Source of the DNA: Scyliorhinus canicula
Taxonomy: Eukaryota
Direction: 5' to 3'
Length of the DNA: 64,000 bases
Assembly (NCBI RefSeq): GCF_902713615.1
Contig: NC_052162.1
Location: forward strand, 132,084,653 to 132,148,652
The translations under genes were made by a program, and so were the position numbers. Below, piece by piece: positions 36,501 to 50,905 of the stretch. The notes beneath the pieces are model-generated. The model searched no databases. It was not told the DNA's origin and was given only the letters and a program-made list of their open reading frames with translations. How positions within the stretch are numbered: the first letter of the stretch is position 1; each line of letters opens with the position of its first letter.

Positions 36501-39500
36501 GTGGGACTGTACACAGCGTGAGGGAAATGTACAGAGACACAGTTACAATGTGGAACTGTACACGGAGTGAGGGAACTGTGCAGAAACAAAGTTACAGTGT
36601 GGGACCGTACACATAGTGAGGGAACCGTACAGAAACAGAGTTACAGTGTGGGACTGTTCACAGAATAAGGGGATTGTACAGAAACACAGTTACAGTGTGG
36701 GACTGTACACAGTGTGAGGGAACTGTATAGAAACACAGTAACAGTGTGGGACCGTACACCGAGTGATGGAACTGTACAGAAACACAGTTACAGTGTGAGA
36801 CTGTACACATTGTGAGGGAACTGTACAGAAACACAGTTACAGTATTCGACTGTACAAAGAGTGAGGGAACTGTACAGAAACATAGTTACAGTGTGGGACA
36901 GTACACAGAATGAGGGAACTGTACAGAAACACAGTTACAGTGTGGGACTGTACGCAGAGTGAGGGAACTGTGGAGAAACACAATTCCAGAGTGGGACTGT
37001 CCACAGAGTGAGGGAACTGTACAGAAACACAGTCACAGTTTGGGACGGTACACAGAGTGAGTGAACTGTACAAAAACACAGTTACAGTGTGGGACTGTAC
37101 ACAGTGTGACTCAACTGTACAGAAATGCAGTTACAGTGTGGGACTGTACACAGAGTGAGGGAACTGTACAGAAACACAGTTACAGTGTGGGACTGTACAC
37201 AGAGTGAGGGAACTGTACAGAGTTACAGTTACAGTGTGGGACTGTTCACAGTGTGAGGGAACTGTACAGAAACACAGTTACAGTTTGGGACTGTACAGAG
37301 AATGAGGGTAATGTACAGAAACACAGTTACAATGTAGGACTGTGCACAGAGTGAGGGGAATGTACAGAAACACAGTTACAGTGTGGGATTGCTGACAGAG
37401 TCAGGGAACTGTACAGAAATACAGTTACAGTGTGGGGCTGTACACAGAGTGAGGGAACTGTACAGAAACACAGTTACAGTGTGGGACTGTACACAGTGAG
37501 GGTAATGTACAGAAACACAGTTACAATGTGGGACTGTACACAGAGTGAGGGGAATGTACAGAAACACAGTTACAGTGTGGGATTGCAGACAGAGTGAGGG
37601 AACTGTACAGAAATACAGATACAGTGTAGGGCTGCACACAGAATGAGGGAACTGTACAGAAACACAGATACAGTGTGGGACTGTACACAGAGTGAGGGAA
37701 CTGTACAGAAACACAGTTACAGTGTGGGACTGTGCACAGAGTGAGGGTACTGTACAGAGACAAAGCAACAGTGCGGGGCCGTACACAGAGTGAGGGAACT
37801 GTACAGAAGCACAGTTACAGTGTGGGACCGTGCACTGTGTGAGGGAACCATACAGAATCAGAGTTACAGTGTGGGACTGTTCACAGAGTGAGGGGATTGT
37901 ACAGAAACACAGGTACAGTGTGGGTCTGTTCACATAATGGGGGTACTGTACCGAAACACAGTTACAGTGTGGGACTGTACACAGCGTGAGGGAAATGTAC
38001 AGTGACACAGTTACAGTGTGGAACTGTTGACGGAGTGAGGGAACTGTGCAGAAACACAGTTACAGTGTGGGACCGTACACATAGTGAGGGAACCGTACAG
38101 AAACAGAGTTACAGTGTGGGACTGTTCACAGAATAAGGGGATTGTACAGAAACACAGTTACAGTGTGGGACTGTACACAGTGTGAGGGAACTGTATAGAA
38201 ACACAGTAACAGTGTGGGACTGTACACAGAGTGAGGGAACTGTACAGAAACACAGTCACAGTTTGGGACGGTACACAGAGTGAGGGGAATGTACAGAAAC
38301 ACAGTTACAGTGTGGGACTGTACACAGTGTGACTGAACAGTACAGAAATGCAGATACAGTGTGGGACTGTACACAGAGTGAGGGAACTGTACAGAGTTAC
38401 AGTTACAGTGTGGGACTGTACACAGTGTGAGGGAACTGTACAGAAACACAGTTACAGTTTGGGACTGTACACAGAATGAGGGTAATGTACAGAAACACAG
38501 TTACAATGTAGGACTGTACACAGAGTGAGGGGAATGTACAGAAACACAGTTACAGTGTGGGATTGCAGAAGAGTGAGGGAACTGTACAGAAATACAGTTA
38601 CAGTGTGGGGCTGTACACAGAGTGAGGGAACTGTACAGAGACACAGTTACAGTGTGGGACTGTACACAGTGAGGGAACTGTACAGAAACACAGTCACAGT
38701 GTGGGACGGTACACAGATTGAGGGAACTACAGAAACACAGTTACAGTGTGGGACTGTACACAGTGTGAGGGAACTGTACAGAAATGCAGTTACAGTGTGT
38801 GACTGTACACAGAGTGGGGGAACTGTACAGAGTTACAGTTACAGTGTGGGACTGTACACAGTGTGAGGGAACTGTACAGAAACACAGTTACAGTTTGGGA
38901 CTGTACACAGTGTGAGGGAACTGTGCAGAAACACAGTTAGTGTGGGACTGTACACAGAGTGAGGGAACTGTACAGAAACACAGTCACAGTGTGGGATGGT
39001 ACACAGATTGAGGGAACTACAGAAACACAGTTACAGTGTGGGACTGTACACTGTGAGGGAACTGTACAGAAATGCAGTTACAGTGTGGGACTGTACACAG
39101 AGTGAGGGAACTGTACAGAAACACAGTTACAATGTGGGACTGTACAGAGAGTGAGGGAACTGTACAGAAACACAGTCACAGTGTGGGACAGTACACAGAT
39201 TGAGGGAACTACAGAAACACAGTTACAGTGTGGGACTGTACACAGTGTGAGGGAACTGTACAGAAATGCTGTTACAGTGTGGGACTGTACACAGAGTGAG
39301 GGAACTGTACAGAAACACAGTTAAAGTGTGGGACTGTACACAGTGTGAGAGAACTGTACAGAAACACAGTTACAGTTTGGGACTGTACACAGTGTGAGGG
39401 AACTGTACAGAAACACAGTTACAGTGTGGGACTGTACACAGTGTGAGGGAACTGTGCAGAAACACAGTTAGTGTGGGACTGTACACAGCGTGAGGGAACT

Positions 39501-42500
39501 GTACAGAGACACAGTTACAGTGTGGGACGGTACACAGATTGAGGGAACTACAGAAACACAGTTACAATGTGGGACTGTACACAGAGTGAGGGAACTGTAC
39601 AGAAACACAGTCACAGTGTGGGACGGTACACAGATTGAGGGAACTACAGAAACACAGTTACAGTGTGGGACTGTACACAGAGTGAGGGAACTGTACAGAA
39701 ACACAGTTACAGTGTGGGACTGTACACAGAGTGAGGGAACTGTACAGAAACACAGTTACAGTGTGGGACTGTACACAGTGTGAGGGAACTGTACAGAAAC
39801 ACAGTTACAGTGTGGGACTGTACACAGAGTGAGGGAACTGTACAGAAACACAGTTACAGTGTGGGACTGTACACAGTGTGAGGGAACTGTACAGAAACAC
39901 AGTTACAGTGTGGGACTGTACACAGAGTGAGGGAACTGTACAGAAACACAGTTACAGTGTGGGACTGTACACAGAATGAGGGAAATGTAGAGAAACATAG
40001 TTACAGTGTGGATTGTATGCAGAGTGAGGGGACTGTGCAGAAACACAGTTACAGTGTGGGACTGTACACAGAGTGAGGGAACTGTACAGAAACACAGTCA
40101 CAGTGTGGGACGGTACACAGAGTGAGGGAACTGTACAGAGTGACAGTTACAGTGTGGGACTGTACACAGTGTGAGGGAACTGTACAGAAACACAGTTACA
40201 GTTTGGGACTGTACACAGAATGAGGGAAATGTACAGAAACACAGTTACAATGTGGGACTGTACACAGAGTGAGGGGAATGTACAGAAACACAGTTACAGT
40301 GTGGGATTGCAGACAGAGTGAGGGAACTGTACAGAAATACAGTTACAGTGTGGGGCTGTACACAGAGTGAGGGAACTGTACAGAAACACAGTTACAGTGT
40401 GGGACTGTACACAGAGTGAGGGAACTGTACAGAGACACAGTTACAGTGTGGGACTGTACACAGTGAGGGAACTGTACAGAAACACAGTTACAATGTGGGA
40501 CTGTACACAGAGTGAGGGGAATGTACAGAAACACAGTTACAGTGTGGGATTGCAGACAGAGTGAGGGAACTGTACAGAAATACAGTTACAGTGTGGGGCT
40601 GTACACAGAGTGAGGGAACTGTACAGATACAGTGTGGGACTGTACACAGAGTGAGGGAACTGTACAGAAACACAGTTACAGTGTGGGACTGTGCACAGAG
40701 TGAGGGTACTGTACAGAGACAAAGGTACAGTGTGGGACTGTACACAGTGAGGGAACTGTACAGAAATGCAGTTACAGTGTGGGACTGTACACAGAGTGAG
40801 GGAACTGTACAGAGACACAGTCACAGTGTGGGACGGTACACAGTGTGAGGGAACTGTACAGAAACACAGTTACAATGTGGGACTGTACACAGAGTGAGGG
40901 AACTGTACAGAAACACAGTTACAGTGTGGGACTGTACACAGTGAGGGTAATGTACAGAAACACAGTTACAGTGTGGGACTGTACACAGAGTGAGGGGAAC
41001 TGTACAGAAACACAGTTACAGTGTGGGATTGCACACAGAGTGAGGGAACTGTACAGAAACACAGTTACAATGTGGGACTTTACAATGAGGGAACTGTACA
41101 GAGACACAGTTACAGTTTGGGACTGTTCACAAACTGGGGGAACTGTACAGAAACACAGTTACAGTGTGGGACTGTGCACAGAGTGAGGGTACTGTACAGA
41201 GTCAAAGCTACAGTGCGGGGCCGTACACAGAGTGAGGGAACTGTACAGAAGCACAGTTACAGTGTGGGACCGGACGCTGTGTGAGGGAACCATACAGAAT
41301 CAGAGTTACAGTGTGGGACTGTTCACAGAGTGTGGGACTTTACAAAAACACAGTTACAGTGTGGGACTGTACACATAAGTGGGGTAACTGTACCGAAACA
41401 CAGTTACAGTGTGGGACTGTACACAGCGTGAGGGAAATGTACAGAGACACAGTTACAGTGTGGAACTGTTGACGGAGTGAGGGAACTGTGCAGAAACACA
41501 GTTACAGTGTGGGACCGTACACATAGTGAGGGAACCGTACAGAAACAGAGTTACAGTGTGGGACTGTTCACAGAGTAAGGGGATTGTACAGAAACACAGT
41601 TACAGTGTGGGACCGTACACAGTGTGAGGGAACTGTATAGAAACACAGTAACAGTGTGGGACTGTACACAGAGTGAGGGAACTGTACAGAAACACAGTCA
41701 CAGTTTGGGACGGTACACAGAGTGAGGGGAATGTACAGAAACACAGTTACAGTGTGGGACTGTACACAGTGTGACTGAACAGTACAGAAATGCAGATACA
41801 GTGTGGGACTGTACACAGAGTGAGGGAACTGTACAGAGTTACAGTTACAGTGTGGGACTGTTCACAGTGTGAGGGAACTGTACAGAAACACAGTTACAGT
41901 TTGGGACTGTACACAGAATGAGGGTAATGTACAGAAACACAGTTACAATGTAGGACTGTACACAGAGTGAGGGGAATGTACAGAAACACAGTTACAGTGT
42001 GGGATTGCAGAAGAGTGAGGGAACTGTACAGAAATACAGTTACAGTGTGGGGCTGTACACAGAGTGAGGGAACTGTACAGAGACACAGTTACAGTGTGGG
42101 ACTGTACACAGTGAGGGAACTGTACAGAAACACAGTCACAGTGTGGGACGGTACACAGATTGAGGGAACTACAGAAACACAGTTACAGTGTGGGACTGTA
42201 CACAGTGTGAGGGAACTGTACAGAAATGCAGTTACAGTGTGTGACTGTACACAGAGTGGGGGAACTGTACAGAGTTACAGTTACAGTGTGGGACTGTACA
42301 CAGTGTGCGGGAACTGTACAGAAACACAGTTACAGTTTGGGACTGTACACAGTGTGAGGGAACTGTGCAGAAACACAGTTAGTGTGGGACTTTACACAGA
42401 GTGAGGGAACTGTACAGAAACACAGTCACAGTGTGGGATGGTACACAGATTGAGGGAACTACAGAAACACAGTTACAGTGTGGGACTGTACACTGTGAGG

Positions 42501-45500
42501 GAACTGTACAGAAATGCAGTTACAGTGTGGGACTGTACAGAGAGTGAGGGAACTGTACAGAAACACAGTTACAATGTGGGACTGTACAGAGAGTGAGGGA
42601 ACTGTACAGAAACACAGTCACAGTGTGGGACAGTACACAGATTGAGGGAACTACAGAAACACAGTTACAGTGTGGGACTGTACACAGTGTGAGGGAACTG
42701 TACAGAAATGCTGTTACAGTGTGGGACTGTACACAGAGTGAGGGAACTGTACAGAAACACAGTTAAAGTGTGGGACTGTACACAGTGTGAGAGAACTGTA
42801 CAGAAACACAGTTACAGTTTGGGACTGTACACAGTGTGAGGGAACTGTACAGAAACACAGTTAAAGTGTGGGACTGTACACAGTGTGAGGGAACTGTGCA
42901 GAAACACAGTTAGTGTGGGACTGTACACAGCGTTAGGGAACTGTACAGTGACACAGTTACAGTGTGGGACGGTACACAGATTGAGGGAACTACAGAAACA
43001 CAGTTACAATGTGGGACTGTACACAGAGTGAGGGAACTGTACAGAAACACAGTCACAGTGTGGGACGGTACACAGATTGAGGGAACTACAGAAACACAGT
43101 TACAGTGTGGGACTGGACACAGCGTGAGGGAAATGTACAGAAACAGAGTTACAGTGTGGGAATGTTCACAGAATAAGGGGATTGTACAGAAACACAGTTA
43201 CAGTGTGGGACTGTACACAGTGTGAGGGAACCGTATAGAAACACAGTAACAGTGTGGGACCGTACACAGAGTGTTGGAACTGTACAGAAACACAGTTACA
43301 GTGTGAGACTGTACACATTGTGAGGGAACTGTACAGAAACACAGTTACAGTATTCGACTGTACAAAGAGTGAGGGAACTGTACAGAAACATAGTTACAGT
43401 GTGGGACTGTACACAGAATGAGGGAAATGTAGAGAAACATAGTTACAGTGTGGATTGTATGCAGAGTGAGGGGACTGTGCAGAAACACAATTACAGTGTG
43501 GGACTGTACACAGAGTGAGGGAACTGTACAGAAACACAGTCACAGTTTGGGACGGTACACAGAGTGAGGGAACTGTACAGAGTTACAGTTACAGTGTGGG
43601 ACTGTACACAGTGTGAGGGAACTGTACAGAAACACAGTTACAGTTTGGGACTGTACACAGAATGAGGGTAATGTACAGAAACACAGTTACAATGTAGGAC
43701 TGTAAACAGAGTGAGGGGAATGTACAGAAACACAGTTACAGTGTGGGATTGCAGACAGAGTGAGGGAACTGTACAGAAATACAGTTACAGTGTGGGGCTG
43801 TACACAGAGTGAGGGAACTGTACAGAAACACAGTTACAGTGTGGGACTGTACACAGAGTGAGGGAACTGTACAGAGACACAGTTACAGTGTGGGACTGTA
43901 CACAGTGAGGGAAATGTACAGAAACACAGTTACAATGTGGGACTGTACACAGAGTGAGGGGAATGTACAGAAACACAGTTACAGTGTGGGATTGCAGACA
44001 GAGTGAGGGAACTGTACAGAAATACAGTTACAGTGTGGGGCTGTACACAGAGTGAGGGAACTGTACAGATACAGTGTGGGACTGTACACAGAGTGAGGGA
44101 ACTGTACAGAAACACAGTTACAGTGTGGGACTGTGCACAGAGTGAGGGTACTGTACAGAGACAAAGGTACAGTGTGGGACTGTACACAGTGAGGGAACTG
44201 TACAGAAATGCAGTTACAGTGTGGGACTGTACACAGAGTGAGGGAACTGTACAGAGACACAGTCACAGTGTGGGACGGTACACAGTGTGAGGGAACTGTA
44301 CAGAAACACAGTTACAATGTGGGACTGTACACAGAGTGAGGGAACTGTACAGAAACACAGTTACAGTGTGGGACTGTACACAGAGTGTGGGACTTTACAA
44401 AAACACAGTTACAGTGTGGGACTGTACACAGCGTGAGGGAAATGTACAGAGACACAGTTACAGTGTGGGACCGGACACAGAGTGAGGGAACCGTACAGAA
44501 ACACAGTTACAGTGTGGGACCGTACACAGAGTGAGGGAACCGTACAGAAACAGAGTTACAGTGTGGGACTGTACACAGAATGAGGGAACTGTACAGAGGC
44601 ACAGTTACAGTGTGGGACTGTACACAGTGTGAGGGAACTGTACAGAAACACAGTTACAGTGTGGGACCGTACACCGAGTGATGGAACTGTACAGAAACAC
44701 AGTTACAGTGTGGACTGTACACAGTGTGAGGGAACTGTACAGAAACACAGTTACAGTATTGGACTGTACACAGAGTGAGGGAACTGTACAGAAACATAGT
44801 TACAGTGTGGGACTGTATGCAGAGTGAGGGAACTGTGCAGAAACACAGTTACAGTGTGGGACTGTATGCAGAGTGAGGGAACTGTGCAGAAACACAATTA
44901 CAGTGTGGGACTGTACACAGAGTGAGGGAACTGTACAGAAACACAGTTACAGTGTGGGATGGTACACAGATTGAGGGAACTACAGAAACACAGTTACAGT
45001 GTGGGACTGTACACAGTGAGGGAAACTGTACAGAAATGCAGTTACAGTGTGGGACTGTACACAGAGTGAGGGAACTGTACAGAAACACAGTCACAGTGTG
45101 GGACGGTACACAGTGTGAGGGAACTGTACAGAAACACAGTTACAATGTGGGACTGTACACAGAGTGAGGGAACTGTACAGAAACACAGTCACAGTGTGGG
45201 ACGGTACACAGATTGAGGGAACTACAGAAACACAGTTACAGTGTGGGACTGTACACTGTGAGGGAACTGTACAGAAATGCAGTTACAGTGTGGGTCTGTA
45301 CACAGTGTGAGGGAACTGTGCAGAGTTACAGTTACAGTGTGGGACTGTACACAATGTGAGGGAACTGTACAGAACCACAGTTACAGTTTGGGACTGTACA
45401 CAGTGTGAGGGAACTGTACAGAAACACAGTTAAAGTGTGGGACTGTACACAGTGTGAGGGAACTGTGCAGAAACACAGTTAGTGTGGGACTGTACACAGC

Positions 45501-47372
45501 GTGAGGGAACTGTACAGAGACACAGTTACAGTGTGGGACGGTACACAGATTGAGGGAACTACAGAAACACAGTTACAATGTGGGACTGTGCACAGAGTGA
45601 GGGAACTGTACAGAAACACAGTCACAGTGTGGGACGGTACACAGATTGAGGGAACTACAGAAACACAGTTACAGTGTGGGACTGTACACAGAGTGAGGGA
45701 ACTGTACAGAAACACAGTTACAGTGTGGGACTGTGCACAGAGTGAGGGTACTGTACAGAGACAAAGCTACAGTGCGGGGCCGTACACAGAGTGAGGGAAC
45801 TGTACAGAAGCACAGTTACAGCGTGGGACCGTACACTGTGTGAGGGAACCATACAGAATCAGAGTTACAGTGTGGGACTTTTCACAGAGTGAGGGGATTG
45901 TACAAAAACACAGGTACAGTGTGGGACTGTACACATAATGGGGGTACTGTACCGAAACACAGTTACAGTGTGGGACTGTACACAGAGTGTGGGACTTTAC
46001 AAAAACACAGTTACAGTGTGGGACTGTACACAGCGTGAGGGAAATGTACAGAGACACAGTTACAGTGTGGAACTTTTCACGGAGTGAGGGAACTGTGCAG
46101 AAACACAGTTACAGTGTGGGACCATACACATAGTGAGGGAACCGTACAGAAACAGAGTTACAGTGTGGGACTGTTCACAGAATAAGGGGATTGTACAGAA
46201 ACACAGTTACAGTGTGGGACTGTACACAGTGTGAGGGAACTGTACAGAAACACAGTTACAGTGTGAGACTGTACACATTGTGAGGGAACTGTACAGAAAC
46301 ACAGTTACAGTATTCGACTGTACAAAGAGTGAGGGAACTGTACAGAAATGCAGTTACAGTGTGGGACTGTACACAGAGTGAGGGAACTGTACAGAAACAC
46401 AGTTACAGTGTGGGACTGTGCACAGAGTGAGGGTACTGTACAGAGACAAAGCTACAGTGCGGGGCTGTACACAGAGTGAGGGAACTGTACAGAAACACAG
46501 TTCACTGTGTGGGACGGTACACAGTGTGAGGGAACTGTACAGAAATGCAGTTACAGTGTTGGACTGTTCACAGAGTGAGGGAACTGTACAGAAAGTACAG
46601 TTACAGTGTGGGACTGTACACAGAGTGAGGGAACTGTACAGAAACACAGTTACAGTGTGGGACTGTACACAGTGTGAGGGAACTGTACAGAAAGACAGTT
46701 ACAGTGTGGGACTGTACACAGTGTGAGGGAACTGTACAGAAACACAGTTACAGTGTGGGACTGTACACAGAGTGAGGGAACTGTACAGAAACACAGTCAC
46801 AGTGTGGGACGGTACACAGAGTGCGGGAACTGTACAGAAACACAGTTACAGTGTGGGACTGTACACAGAGTGAGGGAACTGTACAGAAAAACAGTTACAG
46901 TGTGGGACTGTTCACAGAGTGAGGGAACTGTACAGAAACACAGTTACAGTGTGGACTGTACACAGTGTGAGGGAACTGTACAGAAACACAGTTACAGTAT
47001 TCGACTGTACAAAGAATGAGGGAACTGTACAGAAACATAGTTACAGTGTGGGACTGTACACAGAATGAGGGAACTGTACAGAAACACAGTTACAGTGTGG
47101 GACTGTACGCAGCGTGAGGGAACTGTGCAGAAACACAATTACAGTGTGGGTCTGTACACAGAGTGAGGGAACTGTACAGAAACACAGTCACAGTTTGGGA
47201 CGGTACACAGAGTGAGGGGAATGTACAGAAACACAGTTACAGTGTGGGACTGTACACAGTGTGACTGAACTGTGCAGAAATGCAGTTACAGTGTGGGACT
47301 GTACACAGTGTGAGGGAACTGTACAGAAACACAGTTACAGTGTGGGACTGTACACAGAGTCAGGAAACTGTA
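33557..47372. repeat. 13.8-kb satellite, 49-bp monomer, about 280 copies, with higher-order structure
   Basis: Consensus ACAGTGTGGGACTGTACACAGAGTGAGGGAACTGTACAGAAACACAGTT. GAGGGAACTG recurs at 33788 and 33837. Confidence 0.98.
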
Positions 47373-48669
47373 AGCTCAGTGTTAAGGTACAGCTCTTGGT
47401 AAATTATGAGCTGCTGAAATCTCAATGGGAAACTTGAACCAGCTGCCAAAATGATTTTTGCAATTTGTGTATTGTGAGGAGGTTTTCTGAAATCAGGAAA
47501 TGACATTTCCGATCAATTGCAATGATCTATTTTCACGTAAATGTTTATTGCAATAAAGAAGAAAGTGCAGTTAAACACATGATTTGCTTCACACATTTCA
47601 CAGGACTTTAAAATAGTTGCAAGTAGATCTCAACTTAAACTACACCCAGAGCTAACGTTTCCTTTTCTGATAGCAACAGTCCTGATAAATTTTCAAATGT
47701 ATAGAATCCCGATAACCTTTCTACATAATTCCCAGTTCAAAACTGCTCTTTCATTGCCTCAAAAAATCTTATTGAAGTTTCTCTTGGTTCCCCCCCTGTT
47801 CATTAGCATTTCAAAATCGCTTGTTACTGATGTTCAGACGCTTGCAGTCTCTCTGTCTCTGAATCCAATTACACCAATCACACCCCCACCAGCCTGTTTC
47901 CCATACATGAGAAATACGTCAATGTTATGACTAAAAGAAAAATATAACTCCTCAGTTTTCTGACAATGTGGGACTGTTTTAAGTTTTCATAAATGAATCT
48001 TAATTCTGCTCCTTGACAAGACAAAAGATCGGTAGACAGCAGTTTGGGTGCAACATCTGGAGGATTTAAGAACACACGGAGTTTGCTCTCCAGAGTAACT
48101 CAGACACAGGTCAAAGTTCATTCCAGTGCGGCCTGACTTCATCCTGCTGTTTCTTTCCTTCTCTCTTCCATCCACCAAACATTCTCACATGTTGGTTGTT
48201 TCACACGTCACAAATTACAGCTCTGCACAGATGCTGCCGGACCCGCTGAGTTTTCCAGAACTTTCTGTCTCATTACAAATTACAACTGGACATTTTCCCC
48301 AGTGTCCCATTGTCATTCCACACAGTTACAGGAGGGGGCGGTGTCGAGGTATTGTCACGAGTCTCGTAATCCAGATCCTCAGGCTATCTGGCAGATACCA
48401 ATCCCATCAGGGCAGATGGTGAAATTTGGATTGACTGAAAAGGAAATCTGGAATTAAATTCTAATGAGCGTGAAGCCATTGTCGATTGTCGTTAAAAACC
48501 CACCTGCTTCACGAATGTCCTTTACAGAAGACAATCTGCCGTTCTCACTTGGTCTGGCCTACATCTAACCCCCAGATCCACAGCAATGTGGTTGACTCTG
48601 AAATACCCTCAGCAATGGCCCAGCAAACTAATCAGTTCAAGGGGTAATTAGGGATTAGCAATAAATGGT

Positions 48670-48853
48670 GGCCGGGCTGTTGGGAGTCTCTGTTCCCTCC
48701 GGCAGTGCACCCTCGCCCGTGGGTTTTCCGGCAGCGTGGGGGGGGCTTCAATGGGAAATCTCCTCGACAAGCGGCAGGAAGAGAGAATCCCGCTGTCAGC
48801 GAACGGCACGGTGCCGAGAAAGACGCGGCCGGGGAGAACGGAGAATCCAGCCC
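48670..48853. mobile_element. Short Harbinger-like MITE remnant
   Basis: Ends GGAGAATCCAGCCC. Shares internal motifs with copies at ~49790-49886 and 53031-53225. Confidence 0.55.
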
Positions 48854-50905
48854 AAAGAATCCATTTGGCACTGCCCAAGAGCCCAATGGGTTAGTTTGTC
48901 CAAGTATATCTGCCAAATTGGAAACTTCCAATATCATGAGAGACGATGTGTAATATAAATGAATTTACACTCAGCAATCTGAAAGTTGTATAAATCAGCA
49001 GCTGGCAGCAGAATGAGTCAAACTTTCTGCCAGAATTTAAAGAAGGAACAACTCATTCTCAGAGAAGAGGACTTTTCAATACTAAACGCCATGGGGATGG
49101 GGTCTGGGTACATGGACAACTCACCCATCCCCCATCCCCGCCCGAAGTCAGTGTGAAGCCAAACCGCTCTACATGGTCCTGCCCCGCAGTGCTGTGGGCA
49201 GGTTAAACAAGGGCCCAGTGAGACTTCCACCCCTCACTGGGCAGGAGGTCCTACTCCCGTGATCTGCCGGCCAATCCCCGTCAGTCTCGGCAGGGCCAGG
49301 AGTGCATTAGTGGGCGGTCCTGGGCCTGCAAAAGGACAGGGAAGAACAATGGATCTCTGGAAACAGGGAAGTCCAGGATCTTGGGCAGCGGGAGTGTGGG
49401 GGATGGAATTAAGGCTGCAGAAAGAGAGGGAAGGAGGCAGCACCTGAAGATAGAAGTCCCTCTTCATTCCCTCCCTTTCCTAGAATCACAGAATCCCTAC
49501 AGAGCAGAAGGAGGCCACAAACGGAGTTGTCCATGCCTGCCCAGCCTCCCACGCCAAACATTTAATGACATTGGGAACAAGCCGAATTAACCCTTCATTA
49601 CCCATTAATATATGGCAGGTGGACTGTCGATCTCAGTCCCTCTCCCCCCATATTATGGGGGTGAGCTGGGGTGTTGGTGGAAGAGGTTGTGTGAGCTATT
49701 TTAAATGTCCCCTGCTGAAACATGCTCAGTGGGGGGATATAAAATGCAGCCCAAATGTTTCCAAAAAACCTCGTCCGGAATTGTTCTCTGGCGCTGGGAT
49801 TCTCAGTGAATCCCGTCTCCAGCCAACAGCGTGATGCCTCCTGCTGCCGAGAAGCACGCGGCTGGGAGGCTGGAGAATCCCAGCCCTCTTTTCATTCTCC
49901 CAAATTCCAATTCACATCAATAAACATTTAATATGAGAGAGCCTTACTTTCCAGAATTAAAATATCTCTTATAACCGATTTCATAGGATATTCACAGAAT
50001 TTACAGTGCAGAAGGAGGCCATTCGGCCCATCGAGTCTGCACCGGCTCTTGGAAAGAGCACCCTACCCAAGCAGAACACCACCCTATCCCCATAACCCAA
50101 TAACCCCACTCAAGGCAATTTTGGACACGAAGGGCAATTTAGAACGGCCAATCCACCTAACCTGCACATCTTTGGATGTGCATTAGTGGGCGGTCCTAGA
50201 ACAAGAACAAAGAACAAAAAAAACTACAGCACAGGAACAGGCCCTTCGGCCCTCCCAGCCAGCGCCGATCTAGATTCTTTATCTAAACCTGCAAGTCCCT
50301 AAAGACGTGCTGTTAGGTAATTTGGGCATTCTGAATTCTCCCTCTGTGCCCCGAACAGGCGTCGGAATGTGGCAACTAGGGGCCTTTCACAGTAAATTCA
50401 TTGCAGTGTTAATGTAAGTCTACTTGTGACAATAAAGATTATTATTAATTAACTGCACACAATAATAATGTGACCACCAAAATATCCCAGTTTTCACAAC
50501 TTAATGGAATTAACCGTAATAATGTAAACTGAATTCAGACAAATATCTATTCACTAAACACAAGACAAAATAGCACGTGTTTCTAAAACGGGGAGAAGAT
50601 AAAAAAGATAAATTATTTCAGTTGACTTGTATTTGAAGGAAAAAGTCAGTAAAAATGAGCCTTTAATTTGGGATTTCTGCCAATCATCTTCAAAGCTGCG
50701 AGATTGAATCTATTCATTGTCCAGCACTTTTACAAAACTTTATTTTAAATAATCACCACATTCACATCAAGTTTAATTCGAAACAACTTTGAAATATTGA
50801 TTCCTGTACTGGGTTATAAATTCAAAGCACCAAACAACAGTGTTCCAGGAACAGACTCGTCCTTTCAACATGAAATGGAGATGCCGGCGTTGGACTGGGG
50901 TGAGC

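Noticed and set aside
33557-47372. Many 60-210 aa ORFs (e.g. RELYRNTVTVWDCTQ...)
   Set aside because: They are translations of the 49-bp satellite with no gene structure.
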